Source of the DNA: Eledone cirrhosa | Lineage: Eukaryota | Assembly (NCBI GenBank): GCA_964016885.1 | Contig: OZ024741.1 | Location: forward strand, 42,904,001-42,968,000 | DNA length: 64,000 bases | Reading direction: 5' to 3' | Shown here: one piece after another, positions 61,085 through 64,000 of the stretch | Layout of the letters: every line of letters begins with the position of its first letter | How positions within the stretch are numbered: position 1 is the first letter of the stretch | The notes under the pieces: model-generated | What the model saw: the letters and a program-made list of their open reading frames with translations, nothing else | Database searches by the model: none | What the model was told of the DNA's origin: nothing | Position numbers and translations under genes: made by a program

Positions 61085-61320
61085 ACCTAGGTCAGTGTGG
61101 TGTTTCGGCTGCGCTCCGCGTACAAACTGGTGAAGGCATTTTTGCGGACAATGGCAAACGATACAACAACCACTCCACCTCGCGGGGCTCCTTCCTCAGA
61201 GGGGTTGCTATCGATCCAATTGTACGGAGGTGTTCTGTTGTACGAGATCCGAGGAGGCCTGAGGTCTCGACAGCGACCGATGCAAACAGGAAGTGGCTGG
61301 ACAAAATTATATATTTAAAC
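61085..61320 (-). pseudogene. CRE-clade non-LTR retrotransposon endonuclease C-terminal fragment
   Basis: KY..L...FLFASVAVETSGLLG...L..IG.....EPREVEWLLYRL resembles the PxAVETxG..WLxQRLS pattern of CRE-type RLE ends. Confidence 0.65.
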
Positions 61321-61389
61321 ACATTTTTATTCTTGTAAGTAAAATTTACGCAATATTTAATAATTTATGTAATATACGCATGAAGCCGG

Positions 61390-61565
61390 TTGGAAGTGGA
61401 AAGACGATTATATCGATTCCAATATTTAACTGGTACGTTATTTTATCGACTCCAGAGAGATGATAGGCAAGATTTACAGTGGAGAGATTTGAACACGATA
61501 AGAGCAGACAGCCAGAATGAATATAGAAAAGAAATTCTATCTGACGCTCTGAAAATTCTGTCAAC
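61390..61565 (-). mobile_element. Degenerate SINE
   Basis: actggtacgttattttatcgactcc..atgataggcaag..atttgaac. Confidence 0.6.
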
Positions 61566-61759
61566 CCTGTCAGTTATTATAATAATGCTTTCTTTATTTA
61601 TTATTTAAAGAAAGCATTATTATAATAATGTATTGGGAAGAGGGGATTTATAGGAAAAAGTATTTCTTTCTATTTGGACGGCAACATTATTCTAAGAATA
61701 TAAGAAAATGTTATTTTAATTTCTTTAATTCTCATTTTAGAAAATATGTATATACGTAC

Positions 61760-61817
<58 letters not shown>

Positions 61818-62016
61818 CCACCAATTAATAGATAAATCCACCAATTAATGGTAGGGTCCAAGCCGTATGAAGAACTCAATGTAATCCGTCTGTAGAAGAT
61901 GTCGTGAAGCAAAGTTTAAAATACCAAATTTCAACGATATAATTCATTGGAAGCAAAGTCAAAATAATACAAATAGTGAAAACAATGAAATTAACCAAAA
62001 TACGGGTAATTCATAG

Positions 62017-62173
62017 TAAAACTCATTATTTTACGATCGTTTCTGGGGGGGGGGGGTAGTTCTCCGTATGTTCATTCTATTAGAGATCTATCTAAAATAT
62101 ATTACAAATTATCAAAGTAAGAGAATATACATACGTCTTCCCTACCCGGCGTCTTCAGAAATAGTGAGTTTTA
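62017..62173 (-). ncRNA. Hammerhead ribozyme candidate with ~108-nt stem II domain
   Basis: Stem I UAAAACUCACUAUUU/AAAUAAUGAGUUUUA (14 of 15 pair); CUGAAGA; GGGUAG..CGUAUG / CAUACG..CUACCC; GAAAC-GAUC-GUA with palindromic ACGAUCGU. Confidence 0.7.
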
Positions 62174-62840
62174 TTTATTGAAGAATATAAAAACATGTAT
62201 GAATAAGTAACCTTTTAAGAACAAGATTGAGATTGACCAATAGTAAAAATAGGAAAGGGCAATATAACTGGTAGTAGTTGATGAATAAATTAGCAGTCAG
62301 GGGATGAGGTATCGAATGACCTTTAAGAAAAAAAAAGAAAGTTGCGAGTGTAAAGGAATTTAGACAGATTGTATAGAAAAGTGTGGACGGTCAAGGAAGA
62401 TTAAAGTTGGAGGAAAAGGGGTGCGGATATCAGTGTGTTATATCTAGTAGAATAGTATAGAACAATCCTAAATGTTTGTTATTTCTTTGTTCAAGAGGAA
62501 TAATTTGTTCTTAAAATAGAACAAGTAGAGGAATATAGATGGAACCAAAGAAAAGTAAAATTTAGATAAAAAAATATATAGGTAAGAAAATAATAAAGTT
62601 TGTGTAAGTATTGTATTGTGGTAGAGTGGTCAGAATGAAGTTTTACCTATAAGAAATTTTATTTTTGAATAAGAAATCTCATTAATAATCTGGTTTTTAC
62701 TTAATAGGTTTAAATGCATGTCTGTTAAAATTTTGTTAGAGTATTGAATATAATGTAATATATAGTGCACATTAGTAGTTAATTATTTAAAACAGTTATA
62801 GGGATGAGATATAGTATTGAATCTATGGATTAATTCTAAT

Positions 62841-62914
<74 letters not shown>

Positions 62915-62915
<1 letters not shown>

Positions 62916-63562
62916 TTTTTCTTTTATATTTTTTCTTTATTTGTTTAGTTGTATTTATAATACTTGAATGTCTTTCTAATTCTATGGTTACATGCGATAA
63001 ATAATTCCTGTCTTTTATTTAATAGAATGTCTTTCGATTTAGTAATTTCAAAAATTTCTTCCGAACATAGTCCACATTCCTTTCTATTGCCCTGATAAGA
63101 AATGGTTCTTTTGAGAATCTTCCAAGTTAGGTTATAATTAATGTTATTCTTTTTACAATTATTAACTGCTTCCGCTAAAGAAGTGGTATTAGCTAATCTT
63201 GTATTTCGAATTATAACCTAACTTGGAAGATTCTCAGAAGAGCCATTTCTTATCAGGGCAATAGAAAGGAGTGTGGACTATGTTCCCAAGAAAGCTTTGA
63301 AATTACTAAATCGAAAGACATGCTATTAAATAAAAGAAAGGAGTTTAATATCGCATGTAACCATAGAATTAGAAAGACATTCAAGTAAACAAATAAAGAA
63401 AAATATAAAAGAATATATATATATAAGATTCCGTTAAGGGTGAAAGCAACGATTTTTTGCTTAAACTTTAATCTGTTATTTTAATAAATATTTGCTCTAC
63501 GGTTCTTATATATCTGATATATATTTATCCTTATAGATTTATCCTTATAAATTTATTATTTT

Positions 63563-63570
<8 letters not shown>
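62915..63570. mobile_element. Fold-back Penelope-like 3' end (Naiad-like endonuclease C-terminus) plus truncated hammerhead and tail
   Basis: 62920-63139 is inverted at 63209-63416. The arms translate to TSLAEAVNNCKKNNINYNLTWKIL...Y...KECGLC..E..EI....LLNKR.E...ACNH. Followed by the same pLTR end as 2785-2938. Confidence 0.72.
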
Positions 63571-63602
<32 letters not shown>

Positions 63603-64000
63603 AGAAGAAGTTTATGAAACGGAAATGCAGGTATAAAGAATTTATTAGGTAACAATTGTTTCTATAGTGTATGGGTTACCTATACGTCGCTATTTGAATA
63701 ATATAAAAATATTATCATAAATCGTAGGTACACTGTAAGAAAACATACCATGTCGTCAGACTTTTGTAGTAGAATGATATGAAAATATGTTATACACTAG
63801 ATATAATATAAAGAAGAGGTAGGAAGGGAAGGGGAAGAGGGGAGCGAGTAAGGTGGAGGGAGTCTTAGGATTTAAGACTGTCAGAGTTGTAGAGATTGTA
63901 AGGAGAGAATGCTTTGGCAGCAGTTAGATTAATGAGGCGTGTTAGGGTTGGCGGGGAAGAAAATTCTTCTAGTGGTGTTGTTTGGACAAAATTTAGTTAA

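Overview
Repeat-dense eukaryotic DNA with no recognisable host gene. The tRNA-headed SINE family and the (TA)n/(CA)n/(ATT)n microsatellites suggest an octopod cephalopod (inference). The core (~10.0-46.1 kb) is a nested pile-up of non-LTR retrotransposons in (ATT)n tracts: two Dong/R4-clade RLE families (all minus strand), Tx1-clade APE LINEs and SINEs (all plus strand). The 14.2-46.1 kb part is bracketed by a ~120-bp direct duplication that looks like one very long target-site duplication. To the right are an RTE LINE, a fourth Tx1 copy and a CRE-clade fragment. The flanks hold Penelope-like (PLE) remnants: GIY-YIG fragments, several fold-back structures between (TA)n tracts, and several distinct hammerhead-ribozyme candidates, including a repeated core variant (CAGAAGA) and forms with very long stem II. 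All calls come from reading the sequence by eye; boundaries are approximate and no searches were run.
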